A stretch of DNA of 64,000 nucleotides from Escherichia coli (GCF_041886205.1 NZ_CP169029.1), one strand, 5' to 3'. Shown: positions 22,331 to 36,096, counted from the stretch's first letter. Numbers and translations: made by a program. The notes: generated from the letters alone by a model not told the origin.

Positions 22331-23368
22331 TCAAGACGCCTTCGCCAGCTCCTTCACCAGCGGTAGCATTATCCGCATAACATCACGGCAGCGACGTTCT
22401 ATTCTTCCAGGAAGTGCCTTATCAATATGTTGTTGATTATCCAGTCTTACGTCATGCCAGCTATTTCCCGCCGGGAAGGCAGGTGTTTTTGCGCGTTGCT
22501 GATAACCATCCTTATTCCCAAGATTCCAGTTAGTCGCTTCCACCGAAAGTACAGCAATGCCCGCTTTGTCGAATATTTCTGCGTCATTACAACACCCAGT
22601 GCCTTTCGGATAATTTTTATTCAAACCCGGATTGGTCGTTGCGGCTATTCCGTGACTGCGCGCAATTGCCAGCGCCCTGTCGCGCGTTAATTTCCTTACT
22701 GCTTCAGGGGTTTTTACACCGCTGTTGAAATACAATTTATCGCCAACAATTAAGTTATCGAGATCAATCACCAGCAGCGTATTTTTCTTTTCGGTGTCAC
22801 TCATCCGCTTGAGTAAATTCTCAGCGCCTAATTTCCCTTCCTCTTCGCCGCTGGTCGCCACAAATCGAATACCATACTCGGTAGGCGTATTTTTCAGGCG
22901 TTCTGCCAGTTCCAGCATGACACCTAAACCTGCGGCGTTATCATCCATTCCTTGTAACGTCAGCCCGCCGAGATTGGCATCGGCGTCAGCATCGCTCAGC
23001 GGGGCGTAAGTATCCAGATGCGCCATAATGATGATCTGCTGCGGCGCTTTGCCTTCATGAGCGGCAATCACCGTACTTCCTGTCACGTTATGCCAGTTCT
23101 TGCGATTATCGCGGGCGGTATAAATATACCGACTATTAAATGTCCGAATATCACTGCGATAACCCATTTGCTGAAACTGTTGGCGAATATAATCGGCAGA
23201 TAACATTTCTGCAGGAGTTCCGGTCATGCGTCCCGGAAAGAAAGTAGCAATATGTCGTGCCTGAGTATTAGCAAAATCGCCAGGTTTAGGTAACGAGGCG
23301 TGTACGGGGAGAATAAAGCATACGCCGAGCGCCAGGGCAGCGGTACGGTGGCGCAATGCGGAAAACAT
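22331..23368 (-). CDS. iap: Alkaline phosphatase isozyme conversion aminopeptidase (M28 family)
   Basis: 345-aa ORF MFSALRHRTAALALGVCFILPVHA... with signal peptide and M28-type metal-binding region (IIIMAHLDT...DDNAAG...SGEEEG). Confidence 0.93.
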   Translation of the reverse strand: MFSALRHRTAALALGVCFILPVHASLPKPGDFANTQARHIATFFPGRMTGTPAEMLSADYIRQQFQQMGYRSDIRTFNSRYIYTARDNRKNWHNVTGSTVIAAHEGKAPQQIIIMAHLDTYAPLSDADADANLGGLTLQGMDDNAAGLGVMLELAERLKNTPTEYGIRFVATSGEEEGKLGAENLLKRMSDTEKKNTLLVIDLDNLIVGDKLYFNSGVKTPEAVRKLTRDRALAIARSHGIAATTNPGLNKNYPKGTGCCNDAEIFDKAGIAVLSVEATNWNLGNKDGYQQRAKTPAFPAGNSWHDVRLDNQQHIDKALPGRIERRCRDVMRIMLPLVKELAKAS

Positions 23369-23620
23369 AGTGAGTCCTTAAATACCATGCAAATTTTTTT
23401 ACCGCCATAGTATGAAACTGCCGCTGCGCTAAAACAATTTCAAATCTTCCTAAACGCCCGAAATCCGGTGGCTTAAGCACTTTTTGATATTAGCTTTGCC
23501 AAATCGTTATTCCGTTAAGGAACTACTCATTCTAATTGGTAATTTCATTCGTTCACTTACGCTCCCTATAGTCGAAACATCTGATGGCAAGAAAAATAGC
23601 GGTATTGCAAAGGAACGGTT

Positions 23621-24529
23621 ATGGATCAAAAACGACTCACTCACCTGCGGCAACTGGAGGCGGAAAGCATCCACATTATTCGCGAGGTGGCGGCAGAATT
23701 CTCAAATCCGGTGATGCTCTACTCTATCGGTAAAGATTCCAGCGTCATGCTGCATCTGGCGCGCAAGGCGTTTTATCCAGGTACGCTGCCTTTCCCGTTG
23801 CTGCATGTCGATACCGGCTGGAAATTCCGCGAGATGTATGAGTTCCGCGATCGTACGGCGAAAGCCTACGGCTGCGAGCTGCTGGTGCATAAAAACCCGG
23901 AAGGCGTGGCGATGGGGATTAATCCATTCGTACACGGCAGCGCGAAACATACCGATATTATGAAAACTGAAGGCCTGAAACAGGCGCTGAACAAATACGG
24001 TTTTGATGCCGCCTTCGGTGGTGCGCGCCGTGACGAAGAAAAATCCCGCGCTAAAGAGCGAATTTACTCTTTCCGTGACCGCTTCCATCGCTGGGACCCG
24101 AAAAATCAGCGCCCGGAGCTGTGGCACAACTACAACGGGCAAATTAACAAAGGCGAAAGCATCCGCGTCTTCCCACTCTCTAACTGGACCGAGCAGGACA
24201 TCTGGCAATACATCTGGCTGGAAAATATCGACATTGTTCCGCTGTATCTCGCTGCGGAACGTCCGGTTCTGGAACGCGACGGTATGTTGATGATGATTGA
24301 TGACAACCGTATCGACCTGCAACCGGGCGAAGTGATTAAAAAACGGATGGTGCGTTTCCGTACGCTGGGCTGCTGGCCGCTGACCGGTGCGGTGGAGTCA
24401 AATGCACAAACACTGTCGGAGATCATCGAAGAGATGCTGGTTTCCACCACCAGTGAACGTCAGGGTCGCGTGATTGACCGCGACCAGGCGGGATCCATGG
24501 AGCTGAAAAAACGTCAGGGGTATTTTTAA
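23621..24529 (+). CDS. cysD: Sulfate adenylyltransferase subunit 2
   Basis: 302-aa [30 protein letters not shown]...; PAPS-reductase-like fold with SIGKDSSV motif. Confidence 0.96.
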   Translation: MDQKRLTHLRQLEAESIHIIREVAAEFSNPVMLYSIGKDSSVMLHLARKAFYPGTLPFPLLHVDTGWKFREMYEFRDRTAKAYGCELLVHKNPEGVAMGINPFVHGSAKHTDIMKTEGLKQALNKYGFDAAFGGARRDEEKSRAKERIYSFRDRFHRWDPKNQRPELWHNYNGQINKGESIRVFPLSNWTEQDIWQYIWLENIDIVPLYLAAERPVLERDGMLMMIDDNRIDLQPGEVIKKRMVRFRTLGCWPLTGAVESNAQTLSEIIEEMLVSTTSERQGRVIDRDQAGSMELKKRQGYF

Positions 24530-24530
24530 G

Positions 24531-25958
24531 ATGAACACCGCACTTGCACAACAAATCGCCAATGAAGGCGGCGTCGAAGCCTGGATGATTGCGCAACAAC
24601 ATAAAAGCCTGCTGCGTTTTCTGACCTGTGGTAGCGTCGATGACGGCAAAAGTACCCTGATTGGTCGCCTGCTGCACGATACTCGCCAAATCTACGAAGA
24701 TCAGCTCTCATCGCTGCATAACGACAGTAAACGTCACGGCACCCAGGGCGAAAAGCTGGATCTGGCGCTGCTGGTGGACGGCCTGCAAGCTGAGCGCGAA
24801 CAGGGTATTACCATTGACGTGGCTTACCGTTATTTCTCTACCGAGAAGCGTAAATTTATTATCGCCGACACCCCAGGACACGAGCAGTACACCCGCAATA
24901 TGGCGACTGGCGCATCGACATGTGAACTGGCGATCTTACTGATCGATGCCCGTAAAGGCGTGCTCGATCAAACCCGTCGTCACAGTTTTATCTCCACACT
25001 GTTGGGGATCAAACATCTGGTCGTGGCGATCAACAAAATGGATCTGGTGGATTACAGTGAAGAGACGTTCACCCGTATTCGTGAAGATTATTTGACCTTT
25101 GCCGGGCAGCTGCCGGGTAATCTGGATATCCGCTTTGTGCCGCTCTCTGCACTGGAAGGCGACAATGTGGCTTCGCAAAGTGAAAGTATGCCGTGGTACA
25201 GCGGTCCGACACTGCTCGAAGTGCTGGAAACCGTGGAGATCCAGCGAGTGGTGGATGCCCAGCCAATGCGCTTCCCGGTGCAGTACGTTAACCGCCCAAA
25301 TCTCGATTTTCGTGGCTACGCCGGAACGCTGGCATCCGGTCGCGTGGAAGTCGGGCAACGTGTAAAAGTGCTGCCCTCTGGTGTGGAATCAAACGTCGCG
25401 CGGATCGTGACTTTTGATGGTGATCGCGAAGAAGCCTTTGCCGGAGAAGCGATCACCCTGGTGCTGACGGATGAGATCGACATCAGCCGTGGCGATCTGC
25501 TGCTGGCGGCAGACGAAGCGTTACCAGCTGTGCAGAGCGCGTCGGTGGATGTGGTATGGATGGCGGAACAGCCGCTTTCCCCGGGCCAGAGTTATGACAT
25601 CAAAATTGCCGGTAAGAAGACGCGTGCTCGTGTTGATGGCATTCGTTATCAGGTTGATATTAATAACCTTACCCAACGCGAAGTTGAAAACCTGCCGCTG
25701 AACGGCATCGGCCTGGTGGATCTCACTTTTGACGAGCCACTGGTGTTAGATCGTTATCAGCAAAACCCGGTTACCGGTGGGCTGATTTTTATCGATCGCC
25801 TGAGCAATGTGACCGTAGGTGCCGGTATGGTGCATGAGCCAGTTAGCCAGGCAACTGCTGCGCCATCTGAATTTAGTGCATTCGAACTGGAATTGAATGC
25901 CCTGGTTCGCCGCCACTTTCCGCACTGGGGCGCGCGCGATTTGCTGGGGGATAAATAA
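24531..25958 (+). CDS. cysN: Sulfate adenylyltransferase subunit 1 (GTPase)
   Basis: 475-aa ORF; GTP-binding motifs ([21 protein letters not shown]). Confidence 0.96.
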   Translation: MNTALAQQIANEGGVEAWMIAQQHKSLLRFLTCGSVDDGKSTLIGRLLHDTRQIYEDQLSSLHNDSKRHGTQGEKLDLALLVDGLQAEREQGITIDVAYRYFSTEKRKFIIADTPGHEQYTRNMATGASTCELAILLIDARKGVLDQTRRHSFISTLLGIKHLVVAINKMDLVDYSEETFTRIREDYLTFAGQLPGNLDIRFVPLSALEGDNVASQSESMPWYSGPTLLEVLETVEIQRVVDAQPMRFPVQYVNRPNLDFRGYAGTLASGRVEVGQRVKVLPSGVESNVARIVTFDGDREEAFAGEAITLVLTDEIDISRGDLLLAADEALPAVQSASVDVVWMAEQPLSPGQSYDIKIAGKKTRARVDGIRYQVDINNLTQREVENLPLNGIGLVDLTFDEPLVLDRYQQNPVTGGLIFIDRLSNVTVGAGMVHEPVSQATAAPSEFSAFELELNALVRRHFPHWGARDLLGDK

Positions 25959-26563
25959 TGGCGCTGCATGACGAAAACGTCGTCTGGCATAGCCATCCGG
26001 TCACTGTGCAACAACGCGAGCTACACCACGGTCATCGTGGTGTAGTGCTGTGGTTTACCGGCCTCTCCGGGTCCGGTAAATCAACGGTCGCCGGGGCGCT
26101 GGAGGAGGCGTTACATAAACTCGGCGTCAGTACGTATCTGCTGGATGGCGACAATGTTCGCCACGGATTATGCAGCGATCTCGGTTTTAGCGATGCCGAT
26201 CGTAAAGAGAATATCCGTCGCGTCGGTGAAGTGGCGAATTTGATGATTGAAGCCGGACTGGTGGTGCTGACCGCATTTATCTCGCCACACCGCGCCGAAC
26301 GCCAGATGGTTCGCGAACGCGTAGGAGAAGGGCGCTTTATCGAAGTGTTTGTCGATACGCCGCTGGCGATTTGCGAAGCCCGCGATCCAAAAGGCTTATA
26401 TAAGAAAGCGCGTGCCGGTGAACTGCGCAACTTTACGGGAATAGATTCCGTTTACGAAGCGCCTGAATCGGCAGAAATTCATCTCAATGGTGAACAATTA
26501 GTAACAAATTTGGTACAGCAATTATTAGATCTGTTGAGACAGAACGATATTATCAGATCCTGA
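25958..26563 (+). CDS. cysC: Adenylyl-sulfate kinase
   Basis: 201-aa ORF; P-loop GLSGSGKST; start overlaps cysN stop. Confidence 0.96.
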   Translation: MALHDENVVWHSHPVTVQQRELHHGHRGVVLWFTGLSGSGKSTVAGALEEALHKLGVSTYLLDGDNVRHGLCSDLGFSDADRKENIRRVGEVANLMIEAGLVVLTAFISPHRAERQMVRERVGEGRFIEVFVDTPLAICEARDPKGLYKKARAGELRNFTGIDSVYEAPESAEIHLNGEQLVTNLVQQLLDLLRQNDIIRS

Positions 26564-26612
26564 GACACCACCGGGTTTCCATGCCCGGTTCGTCAAAGTA
26601 ACAGGATCAAAT

Positions 26613-26936
26613 ATGCGTAATAGCCATAACATTACACTAACAAATAACGACAGCCTTACTGAGGATGAAGAAACCACATGGTCACTGCCTGGTGCCGTGG
26701 TCGGTTTTATCTCCTGGTTATTTGCGCTGGCGATGCCGATGTTGATTTATGGCTCTAACACGCTGTTCTTCTTTATCTACACCTGGCCTTTCTTTCTGGC
26801 GCTGATGCCCGTCGCAGTAGTGGTGGGGATTGCGCTGCATTCATTGATGGACGGAAAGCTACGCTACAGTATTGTTTTCACCCTGGTGACAGTAGGCATT
26901 ATGTTTGGCGCACTGTTTATGTGGCTACTGGGCTAA
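26613..26936 (+). CDS. ygbE: Inner membrane protein YgbE (DUF3561)
   Basis: 107-aa ORF with three hydrophobic helices; position between cysC and ftsB matches E. coli synteny. Confidence 0.85.
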   Translation: MRNSHNITLTNNDSLTEDEETTWSLPGAVVGFISWLFALAMPMLIYGSNTLFFFIYTWPFFLALMPVAVVVGIALHSLMDGKLRYSIVFTLVTVGIMFGALFMWLLG

Positions 26937-27129
26937 TTTGTACTTTCCCGTCTCTTCTGTTCATAATTCAAACCGTAACTAATAATGAGATTATGTTCTG
27001 CACGCCCTGGGTATACGTAACAATGGACAAATGTGGTACATTTGCCCGCGTTGTCGCGGTATCCCCAACAGAGGATGTAGAGTCGTCTTCGGATGCATGG
27101 GATGATGATGCCGTTTTTCAGGGGGCAGG

Positions 27130-27441
27130 ATGGGTAAACTAACGCTGCTGTTGCTGGCTATTCTGGTCTGGCTACAGTATTCGCTGTGGTTCGGTAAGAA
27201 CGGTATACATGACTATACCCGCGTCAATGATGATGTGGCGGCACAGCAAGCTACAAACGCGAAACTTAAAGCGCGAAACGATCAACTTTTTGCCGAAATT
27301 GACGATCTCAATGGCGGCCAGGAGGCGCTCGAAGAGCGTGCGCGTAATGAACTCAGCATGACCAGGCCGGGCGAAACTTTTTATCGTCTGGTGCCTGACG
27401 CGTCGAAGCGCGCACAGTCTGCGGGGCAAAACAATCGATAA
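27130..27441 (+). CDS. ftsB: Cell division protein FtsB
   Basis: 103-aa [28 protein letters not shown]...; N-terminal TM segment plus coiled coil. Confidence 0.95.
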
Positions 27442-27459
27442 ATCAGCCCGGGAATTAAC

Positions 27460-28170
27460 ATGGCAACCACTCATTTGGATGTTTGCGCCGTGGTTCCGGC
27501 GGCCGGATTTGGCCGTCGAATGCAAACGGAATGTCCTAAGCAATATCTCTCAATCGGTAATCAAACCATTCTTGAACACTCGGTGCATGCGCTGCTGGCG
27601 CATCCCCAGGTGAAACGTGTCGTCATTGCCATAAGTCCTGGCGATAGCCGTTTTGCACAACTTCCTCTGGCGAATCATCCGCAAATCACCGTTGTAGATG
27701 GCGGTGATGAGCGTGCCGATTCCGTGCTGGCAGGTCTGAAAGCCGCTGGCGACGCGCAGTGGGTATTGGTGCATGACGCCGCTCGTCCTTGTCTGCATCA
27801 GGATGACCTCGCGCGATTGTTGGCGTTGAGCGAAACCAGCCGCACGGGGGGGATCCTCGCCGCACCAGTGCGCGATACTATGAAACGTGCCGAACCGGGC
27901 AAAAATGCCATTGCTCATACCGTTGATCGCAACGGCTTATGGCACGCGCTGACGCCGCAATTTTTCCCTCGTGAGCTGTTACATGACTGTTTGACGCGCG
28001 CTCTAAATGAAGGCGCGACTATTACCGACGAAGCCTCGGCGCTGGAATATTGCGGATTCCATCCTCAGTTGGTCGAAGGCCGTGCGGATAACATTAAAGT
28101 CACGCGCCCGGAGGATTTGGCACTGGCCGAGTTTTACCTCACCCGAACCATCCATCAGGAGAATACATAA
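27460..28170 (+). CDS. ispD: 2-C-methyl-D-erythritol 4-phosphate cytidylyltransferase
   Basis: 236-aa [24 protein letters not shown]...; nucleotidyltransferase glycine-rich motif. Confidence 0.96.
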
Positions 28171-28649
28171 TGCGAATTGGACACGGTTTTGACGTACACG
28201 CCTTTGGCGGTGAAGGCCCAATTATCATTGGTGGCGTACGCATTCCTTACGAAAAAGGATTGCTGGCGCATTCTGATGGCGACGTGGCGCTCCATGCGTT
28301 GACCGATGCATTGCTTGGCGCGGCGGCGCTGGGGGATATCGGCAAACTGTTCCCGGATACCGATCCGGCATTTAAAGGTGCCGATAGCCGCGAGCTGCTA
28401 CGCGAAGCCTGGCGTCGTATTCAGGCGAAGGGTTATACCCTTGGCAACGTCGATGTCACTATCATCGCTCAGGCACCGAAGATGTTGCCGCACATTCCAC
28501 AAATGCGCGTGTTTATTGCCGAAGATCTCGGCTGCCATATGGATGATGTTAACGTGAAAGCCACTACTACGGAAAAACTGGGATTTACCGGACGTGGGGA
28601 AGGGATTGCCTGTGAAGCGGTGGCGCTACTCATTAAGGCAACAAAATGA
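28170..28649 (+). CDS. ispF: 2-C-methyl-D-erythritol 2,4-cyclodiphosphate synthase
   Basis: 159-aa [42 protein letters not shown]...; start overlaps ispD stop. Confidence 0.96.
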
Positions 28650-29675
28650 TTGAGTTTGATAATCTCACTTACCTCCACGGTAAACCGCAAGGCACCGGGC
28701 TGCTGAAAGCCAATCCGGAAGACTTTGTGGTGGTGGAAGATTTGGGCTTTGAGCCTGATGGTGAAGGTGAGCATATTCTGGTTAGAATCCTCAAAAACGG
28801 TTGCAATACCCGTTTTGTGGCGGATGCACTGGCGAAATTCCTGAAAATTCATTCCCGTGAAGTCAGCTTTGCTGGGCAAAAAGACAAACATGCTGTTACA
28901 GAACAGTGGTTATGCGCTCGCGTGCCGGGCAAGGAAATGCCCGATCTGAGCGCCTTTCAACTGGAAGGCTGCCAGGTGCTGGAGTATGCGCGGCACAAGC
29001 GCAAGCTGCGTTTAGGGGCGCTGAAAGGTAACGCCTTTACCCTGGTTCTGCGCGAAGTGAGCAATCGCGGTGACGTTGAACAACGTCTGATCGATATTTG
29101 CGTAAAAGGTGTACCGAACTACTTCGGTGCCCAACGTTTTGGGATTGGCGGTAGCAACTTGCAGGGCGCGCTGCGCTGGGCGCAAACCAATACTCCGGTG
29201 CGCGATCGCAATAAACGGAGTTTTTGGTTGTCGGCAGCCCGCAGTGCGTTGTTTAATCAGATTGTTGCTGAGCGCCTCAAAAAAGCAGACGTTAATCAAG
29301 TTGTTGACGGCGATGCGCTACAATTAGCCGGACGTGGTAGCTGGTTTGTTGCAACCACCGAAGAACTGGTGGAATTACAGCGTCGCGTCAACGATAAAGA
29401 GCTGATGATAACCGCCGCATTGCCGGGCAGTGGCGAATGGGGAACTCAGCGTGAAGCGCTGGCATTCGAACAGGCAGCTGTCGCCGCAGAAACTGAATTA
29501 CAAGCCTTACTGGTGCGCGAAAAAGTTGAAGCCGCGCGCAGAGCGATGCTGCTGTATCCGCAACAATTAAGCTGGAACTGGTGGGATGACGTCACCGTAG
29601 AGATCCGTTTCTGGCTTCCGGCGGGTAGTTTTGCAACCAGCGTTGTCAGGGAACTTATCAACACAACAGGTGATT

Positions 29676-29695
<20 letters not shown>
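28646..29695 (+). CDS. truD: tRNA pseudouridine(13) synthase
   Basis: 349-aa ORF; position after ispF and overall sequence consistent with TruD. Confidence 0.93.
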
Positions 29696-31057
<1,362 letters not shown>

Positions 31058-31196
31058 AACGTGAGGAAATACCTGGATTTTTCCTGGTTATTTTGCCGCA
31101 GGTCAGCGTATCGTGAACATCTTTTCCAGTGTTCAGTATGGTGCCTTGCACGGTAATTATGTCACTGGTTATTAACCAATTTTTCCTGGGGGATAA

Positions 31197-32336
31197 ATGA
31201 GCGCGGGAAGCCCAAAATTCACCGTTCGCCGCATTGCGGCTTTGTCACTGGTTTCGCTATGGCTGGCAGGCTGTTCTGACACTTCAAATCCACCGGCACC
31301 GGTCAGCTCCGTTAATGGCAATGCGCCTGCAAATACCAATTCTGGTATGTTGATTACGCCGCCGCCGAAAATGGGGACGACGTCTACAACCCAGCAACCG
31401 CAAATTCAGCCGGTACAGCAGCCACAAATTCAGGCTACTCAACAACCGCAAATCCAGCCAGTGCAGCCAGTAGCTCAGCAGCCGGTACAGATGGAAAACG
31501 GACGCATCGTCTACAACCGTCAGTATGGGAACATTCCGAAAGGCAGTTATAGCGGCAGTACCTATACCGTGAAAAAAGGCGACACACTTTTCTATATCGC
31601 CTGGATTACTGGCAACGATTTCCGTGACCTTGCTCAGCGCAACAATATTCAGGCACCATACGCGCTGAACGTAGGTCAGACCTTACAGGTGGGGAATGCT
31701 TCCGGTACGCCAATCACTGGCGGAAATGCCATTACCCAGGCCGACGCAGCAGAGCAAGGAGTTGTGATCAAGCCTGCACAAAATTCCACCGTTGCTGTTG
31801 CGTCGCAACCGACAATTACGTATTCTGAGTCTTCGGGTGAACAGAGTGCTAACAAAATGTTGCCTAACAACAAGCCAACTGCGACCACGGTCACAGCGCC
31901 TGTAACGGTACCAACAGCAAGCACAACCGAGCCGACTGTCAGCAGTACATCAACCAGTACGCCTATCTCCACCTGGCGCTGGCCGACTGAGGGCAAAGTG
32001 ATCGAAACCTTTGGCGCTTCTGAGGGGGGCAACAAGGGGATTGATATCGCAGGCAGCAAAGGACAGGCAATTATCGCGACCGCAGATGGCCGCGTTGTTT
32101 ATGCCGGTAACGCGCTGCGCGGCTACGGTAATCTGATTATCATCAAACATAATGATGATTACCTGAGTGCCTACGCCCATAACGACACAATGCTGGTCCG
32201 GGAACAACAAGAAGTGAAGGCGGGGCAAAAAATAGCAACCATGGGTAGCACCGGAACCAGTTCAACACGCTTGCATTTTGAAATTCGTTACAAGGGGAAA
32301 TCCGTAAACCCGCTGCGTTATTTGCCGCAGCGATAA
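31197..32336 (+). CDS. nlpD: Murein hydrolase activator lipoprotein NlpD (LysM + M23 domain)
   Basis: 379-aa ORF; lipobox (LAGCSD), Q/P-rich repeats (QQPQIQP), LysM region and C-terminal LytM/M23 domain. Confidence 0.95.
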   Translation: MSAGSPKFTVRRIAALSLVSLWLAGCSDTSNPPAPVSSVNGNAPANTNSGMLITPPPKMGTTSTTQQPQIQPVQQPQIQATQQPQIQPVQPVAQQPVQMENGRIVYNRQYGNIPKGSYSGSTYTVKKGDTLFYIAWITGNDFRDLAQRNNIQAPYALNVGQTLQVGNASGTPITGGNAITQADAAEQGVVIKPAQNSTVAVASQPTITYSESSGEQSANKMLPNNKPTATTVTAPVTVPTASTTEPTVSSTSTSTPISTWRWPTEGKVIETFGASEGGNKGIDIAGSKGQAIIATADGRVVYAGNALRGYGNLIIIKHNDDYLSAYAHNDTMLVREQQEVKAGQKIATMGSTGTSSTRLHFEIRYKGKSVNPLRYLPQR

Positions 32337-32398
32337 ATCGGCGGAACCAGGCTTTTGCTTGAATGTTCCGTCAAGGGATCACGGGTAGGAGCCACCTT

Positions 32399-33391
32399 AT
32401 GAGTCAGAATACGCTGAAAGTTCATGATTTAAATGAAGATGCGGAATTTGATGAGAACGGAGTTGAGGTTTTTGACGAAAAGGCCTTAGTAGAAGAGGAA
32501 CCCAGTGATAACGATTTGGCCGAAGAGGAACTGTTATCGCAGGGAGCCACACAGCGTGTGTTGGACGCGACTCAGCTTTACCTTGGTGAGATTGGTTATT
32601 CACCACTGTTAACGGCCGAAGAAGAAGTTTATTTTGCGCGTCGCGCACTGCGTGGAGATGTCGCCTCTCGCCGCCGGATGATCGAGAGTAACTTGCGTCT
32701 GGTGGTAAAAATTGCCCGCCGTTATGGCAATCGTGGTCTGGCGTTGCTGGACCTTATCGAAGAGGGCAACCTGGGGCTGATCCGCGCGGTAGAGAAGTTT
32801 GACCCGGAACGTGGTTTCCGCTTCTCAACATACGCAACCTGGTGGATTCGCCAGACGATTGAACGGGCGATTATGAACCAAACCCGTACTATTCGTTTGC
32901 CGATTCACATCGTAAAGGAGCTGAACGTTTACCTGCGAACCGCACGTGAGTTGTCCCATAAGCTGGACCATGAACCAAGTGCGGAAGAGATCGCAGAGCA
33001 ACTGGATAAGCCAGTTGATGACGTCAGCCGTATGCTTCGTCTTAACGAGCGCATTACCTCGGTAGACACCCCGCTGGGTGGTGATTCCGAAAAAGCGTTG
33101 CTGGACATCCTGGCCGATGAAAAAGAGAACGGTCCGGAAGATACCACGCAAGATGACGATATGAAGCAGAGCATCGTCAAATGGCTGTTCGAGCTGAACG
33201 CCAAACAGCGTGAAGTACTGGCACGTCGATTCGGTTTGCTGGGGTACGAAGCGGCAACACTGGAAGATGTAGGTCGTGAAATTGGCCTCACCCGTGAACG
33301 TGTTCGCCAGATTCAGGTTGAAGGCCTGCGCCGTTTGCGCGAAATCCTGCAAACGCAGGGGCTGAATATCGAAGCGCTGTTCCGCGAATAA
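32399..33391 (+). CDS. rpoS: RNA polymerase sigma factor RpoS (sigma-38)
   Basis: Start at internal ATG 32399 ([21 protein letters not shown]...), 330 aa, sigma-70 family regions 2-4; codon 33 is GAG (Glu). Confidence 0.96.
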   Translation: MSQNTLKVHDLNEDAEFDENGVEVFDEKALVEEEPSDNDLAEEELLSQGATQRVLDATQLYLGEIGYSPLLTAEEEVYFARRALRGDVASRRRMIESNLRLVVKIARRYGNRGLALLDLIEEGNLGLIRAVEKFDPERGFRFSTYATWWIRQTIERAIMNQTRTIRLPIHIVKELNVYLRTARELSHKLDHEPSAEEIAEQLDKPVDDVSRMLRLNERITSVDTPLGGDSEKALLDILADEKENGPEDTTQDDDMKQSIVKWLFELNAKQREVLARRFGLLGYEAATLEDVGREIGLTRERVRQIQVEGLRRLREILQTQGLNIEALFRE

Positions 33392-33408
33392 GTAAGCATC
33401 TGTCAGAA

Positions 33409-33442
33409 AGGCCAGTCTCAAGCGAGGCTGGCCTTTTTCTTT
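33409..33442 (+). terminator. Rho-independent terminator downstream of rpoS
   Basis: aggccagtctc-aagc-gaggctggcct hairpin followed by tttttctttt. Confidence 0.75.
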
Positions 33443-33511
33443 TGTTTGGGGAGTCGATGTGTTTTGTCGCCTGGATAAGACATGTCAGCGTCCCACCCGG
33501 CAATCAGCATC

Positions 33512-33919
33512 CTATTTGCTCATCATCTTGCGCACCAGCTGCATAAACAGCTCCTGCTCTTCTCCACTCAAACGCCCCAAAAATTCCTCATCCACGCTGT
33601 CACCAATGGGGATCGCCGCAGCAAGTACCTTTTCTCCTTCGGCAGTCAGCCAGACAAAGCGTCGCCGCTTGTCAGCGGCGTCATGTTCACGTCTGACTAA
33701 GCCACGATTTTCCATTCTTGCCAACATTTCTGCCAGCGTTGCTTTGGTGCTGACGGCTGCTTCCATCAGTGCAACCTGTTCGATACCAGGCTTATCAGCA
33801 ATGGCGCGCATCACCGCGTACTGCGGTTTGGTCAGATCAGGTAGCTCATGCTGCCAGCGAGATGTGTGCTGCTGAAAAAGCTGTCGTAACTGATGGAACG
33901 CTTTATTTCGTAACGCCAT
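33512..33919 (-). CDS. MarR/SlyA-family transcriptional regulator
   Basis: 135-aa ORF with winged-helix MarR pattern (LTKPQYAVMRAIADKPGIEQVALMEAA...); divergent from the decarboxylase cluster. Confidence 0.85.
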   Translation of the reverse strand: MALRNKAFHQLRQLFQQHTSRWQHELPDLTKPQYAVMRAIADKPGIEQVALMEAAVSTKATLAEMLARMENRGLVRREHDAADKRRRFVWLTAEGEKVLAAAIPIGDSVDEEFLGRLSGEEQELFMQLVRKMMSK

Positions 33920-34065
33920 GTAAACTCCGGGCTAATTCTCTGCCGCTATCATAGCGGTTTTTCAGTGACGAAGAAGATGTTGTTACTTTTCAGTGCTTGC
34001 CGCGATGAAAACAGAGGCGTATTTTAATAATAACGTTCGTATACGAACAATTAAGAGAATAAACA

Positions 34066-34659
34066 ATGAGACTGATCGTCGGGATGACAGGGGCTACCGG
34101 TGCGCCTCTTGGGGTGGCATTACTGCAAGCGCTGCGTGAGATGCCGAATGTCGAGACTCATCTGGTGATGTCAAAGTGGGCGAAAACCACCATTGAACTG
34201 GAAACGCCTTACAGCGCCCGCGATGTTGCTGCCCTCGCAGACTTCAGTCATAACCCGGCGGATCAGGCGGCGACCATCTCCTCAGGTTCCTTTCATACCG
34301 ACGGCATGATCGTTATTCCGTGCAGTATGAAAACGCTCGCCGGTATCCGTGCCGGTTACGCCGATGGCCTGGTAGGGCGCGCGGCGGACGTCGTGCTCAA
34401 AGAAGGCCGCAAACTAGTGCTGGTGCCGCGTGAAATGCCGCTTAGCACCATCCATCTCGAAAATATGCTCGCACTTTCACGCATGGGCGTGGCGATGGTG
34501 CCGCCGATGCCTGCCTTTTATAACCATCCCGAAACGGTAGAGGACATTGTCCACCACGTGGTAGCCCGCGTGCTGGATCAATTTGGCCTCGAACATCCCC
34601 ACGCCAGGCGCTGGCAAGGATTGCCGCAGGCCCGGAATTTTTCTCAGGAGAATGAATAA
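34066..34659 (+). CDS. ecdB: UbiX-like flavin prenyltransferase (decarboxylase B subunit)
   Basis: 197-aa ORF MRLIVGMTGATGAPLGVALLQALRE...; flavoprotein UbiX/Pad1 family signature. Symbol from memory of the O157-type rpoS-mutS segment. Confidence 0.85.
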   Translation: MRLIVGMTGATGAPLGVALLQALREMPNVETHLVMSKWAKTTIELETPYSARDVAALADFSHNPADQAATISSGSFHTDGMIVIPCSMKTLAGIRAGYADGLVGRAADVVLKEGRKLVLVPREMPLSTIHLENMLALSRMGVAMVPPMPAFYNHPETVEDIVHHVVARVLDQFGLEHPHARRWQGLPQARNFSQENE

Positions 34660-36086
34660 TGGCATTTGATGATTTACGCAGCTTTTTACAGGCGCTTGAT
34701 GACCACGGCCAGTTACTGAAAATCAGCGAAGAGGTGAACGCTGAGCCGGATTTGGCCGCTGCTGCCAATGCCACCGGGCGTATCGGAGACGGCGCACCGG
34801 CGCTGTGGTTTGATAATATTCGCGGCTTTACCGATGCACGCGTGGCGATGAATACCATCGGTTCCTGGCAGAACCACGCGATTTCCCTCGGCCTGCCACC
34901 AAACACCCCGGTCAAAAAGCAGATTGATGAGTTTATCCGCCGCTGGGATAACTTCCCGATTGCCCCGGAGCGCCGCGCCAATCCTGCCTGGGCGCAGAAC
35001 ACCGTTGATAGCGACGAGATTAACCTGTTCGATATCCTGCCGCTGTTTCGTTTAAACGATGGCGATGGCGGTTTCTATCTCGACAAAGCCTGCGTGGTTT
35101 CCCGCGATCCGCTCGACCCAGATAACTTCGGCAAGCAGAACGTCGGCATCTACCGCATGGAAGTGAAGGGCAAGCGTAAGCTCGGCCTGCAACCGGTGCC
35201 GATGCACGATATCGCCCTGCATCTGCATAAAGCAGAAGAGCGCGGTGAAGATCTGCCGATTGCGATCACGCTCGGTAACGATCCGATCATCACGCTGATG
35301 GGGGCCACGCCGCTGAAATACGATCAGTCTGAGTATGAAATGGCTGGCGCGCTGCGTGAAAGTCCATACCCGATCGCCACCGCGCCATTGACTGGTTTTG
35401 ATGTGCCGTGGGGTTCAGAAGTGATCCTCGAAGGGGTCATCGAAAGCCGTAAACGCGAAATCGAAGGGCCGTTCGGTGAGTTTACCGGACACTACTCCGG
35501 CGGACGTAACATGACCGTGGTGCGCATCGATAAAGTCTCTTACCGCACCAGGCCGATTTTCGAATCGCTGTACCTCGGTATGCCGTGGACCGAAATCGAC
35601 TACCTGATGGGGCCAGCCACCTGCGTGCCGCTGTATCAGCAGCTGAAAGCCGAGTTCCCGGAAGTGCAGGCGGTAAACGCCATGTACACCCACGGCCTGC
35701 TGGCGATTATCTCCACCAAAAAACGCTACGGCGGCTTTGCTCGCGCGGTGGGCCTTCGTGCGATGACCACGCCGCACGGTCTGGGCTACGTGAAGATGGT
35801 GATTATGGTCGATGAAGACGTTGATCCGTTCAACCTGCCGCAGGTGATGTGGGCGCTCTCCTCGAAAGTGAACCCGGCAGGGGATTTGGTGCAGTTGCCG
35901 AATATGTCCGTGCTGGAACTCGACCCAGGCTCAAGCCCGGCGGGGATCACCGACAAGCTGATTATCGACGCCACTACGCCTGTCGCCCCGGACAACCGTG
36001 GTCACTACAGCCAGCCGGTGGTGGATTTGCCGGAAACCAAAGCCTGGGCTGAAAAACTGACCGCTATGCTGGCTGCACGTAAATAA
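34659..36086 (+). CDS. ecdC: UbiD-family reversible (hydroxy)arylic acid decarboxylase, C subunit
   Basis: 475-aa ORF with UbiD-family length and conserved blocks; start overlaps ecdB stop. Confidence 0.85.
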   Translation: MAFDDLRSFLQALDDHGQLLKISEEVNAEPDLAAAANATGRIGDGAPALWFDNIRGFTDARVAMNTIGSWQNHAISLGLPPNTPVKKQIDEFIRRWDNFPIAPERRANPAWAQNTVDSDEINLFDILPLFRLNDGDGGFYLDKACVVSRDPLDPDNFGKQNVGIYRMEVKGKRKLGLQPVPMHDIALHLHKAEERGEDLPIAITLGNDPIITLMGATPLKYDQSEYEMAGALRESPYPIATAPLTGFDVPWGSEVILEGVIESRKREIEGPFGEFTGHYSGGRNMTVVRIDKVSYRTRPIFESLYLGMPWTEIDYLMGPATCVPLYQQLKAEFPEVQAVNAMYTHGLLAIISTKKRYGGFARAVGLRAMTTPHGLGYVKMVIMVDEDVDPFNLPQVMWALSSKVNPAGDLVQLPNMSVLELDPGSSPAGITDKLIIDATTPVAPDNRGHYSQPVVDLPETKAWAEKLTAMLAARK

Positions 36087-36096
36087 GGAGAAGAAG

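Noticed and set aside
26921-27142. 73-aa ORF between ygbE and ftsB
   Set aside because: It overlaps the ygbE 3' end and the ftsB upstream region, has no motif and no RBS; more plausibly the ftsB promoter region.
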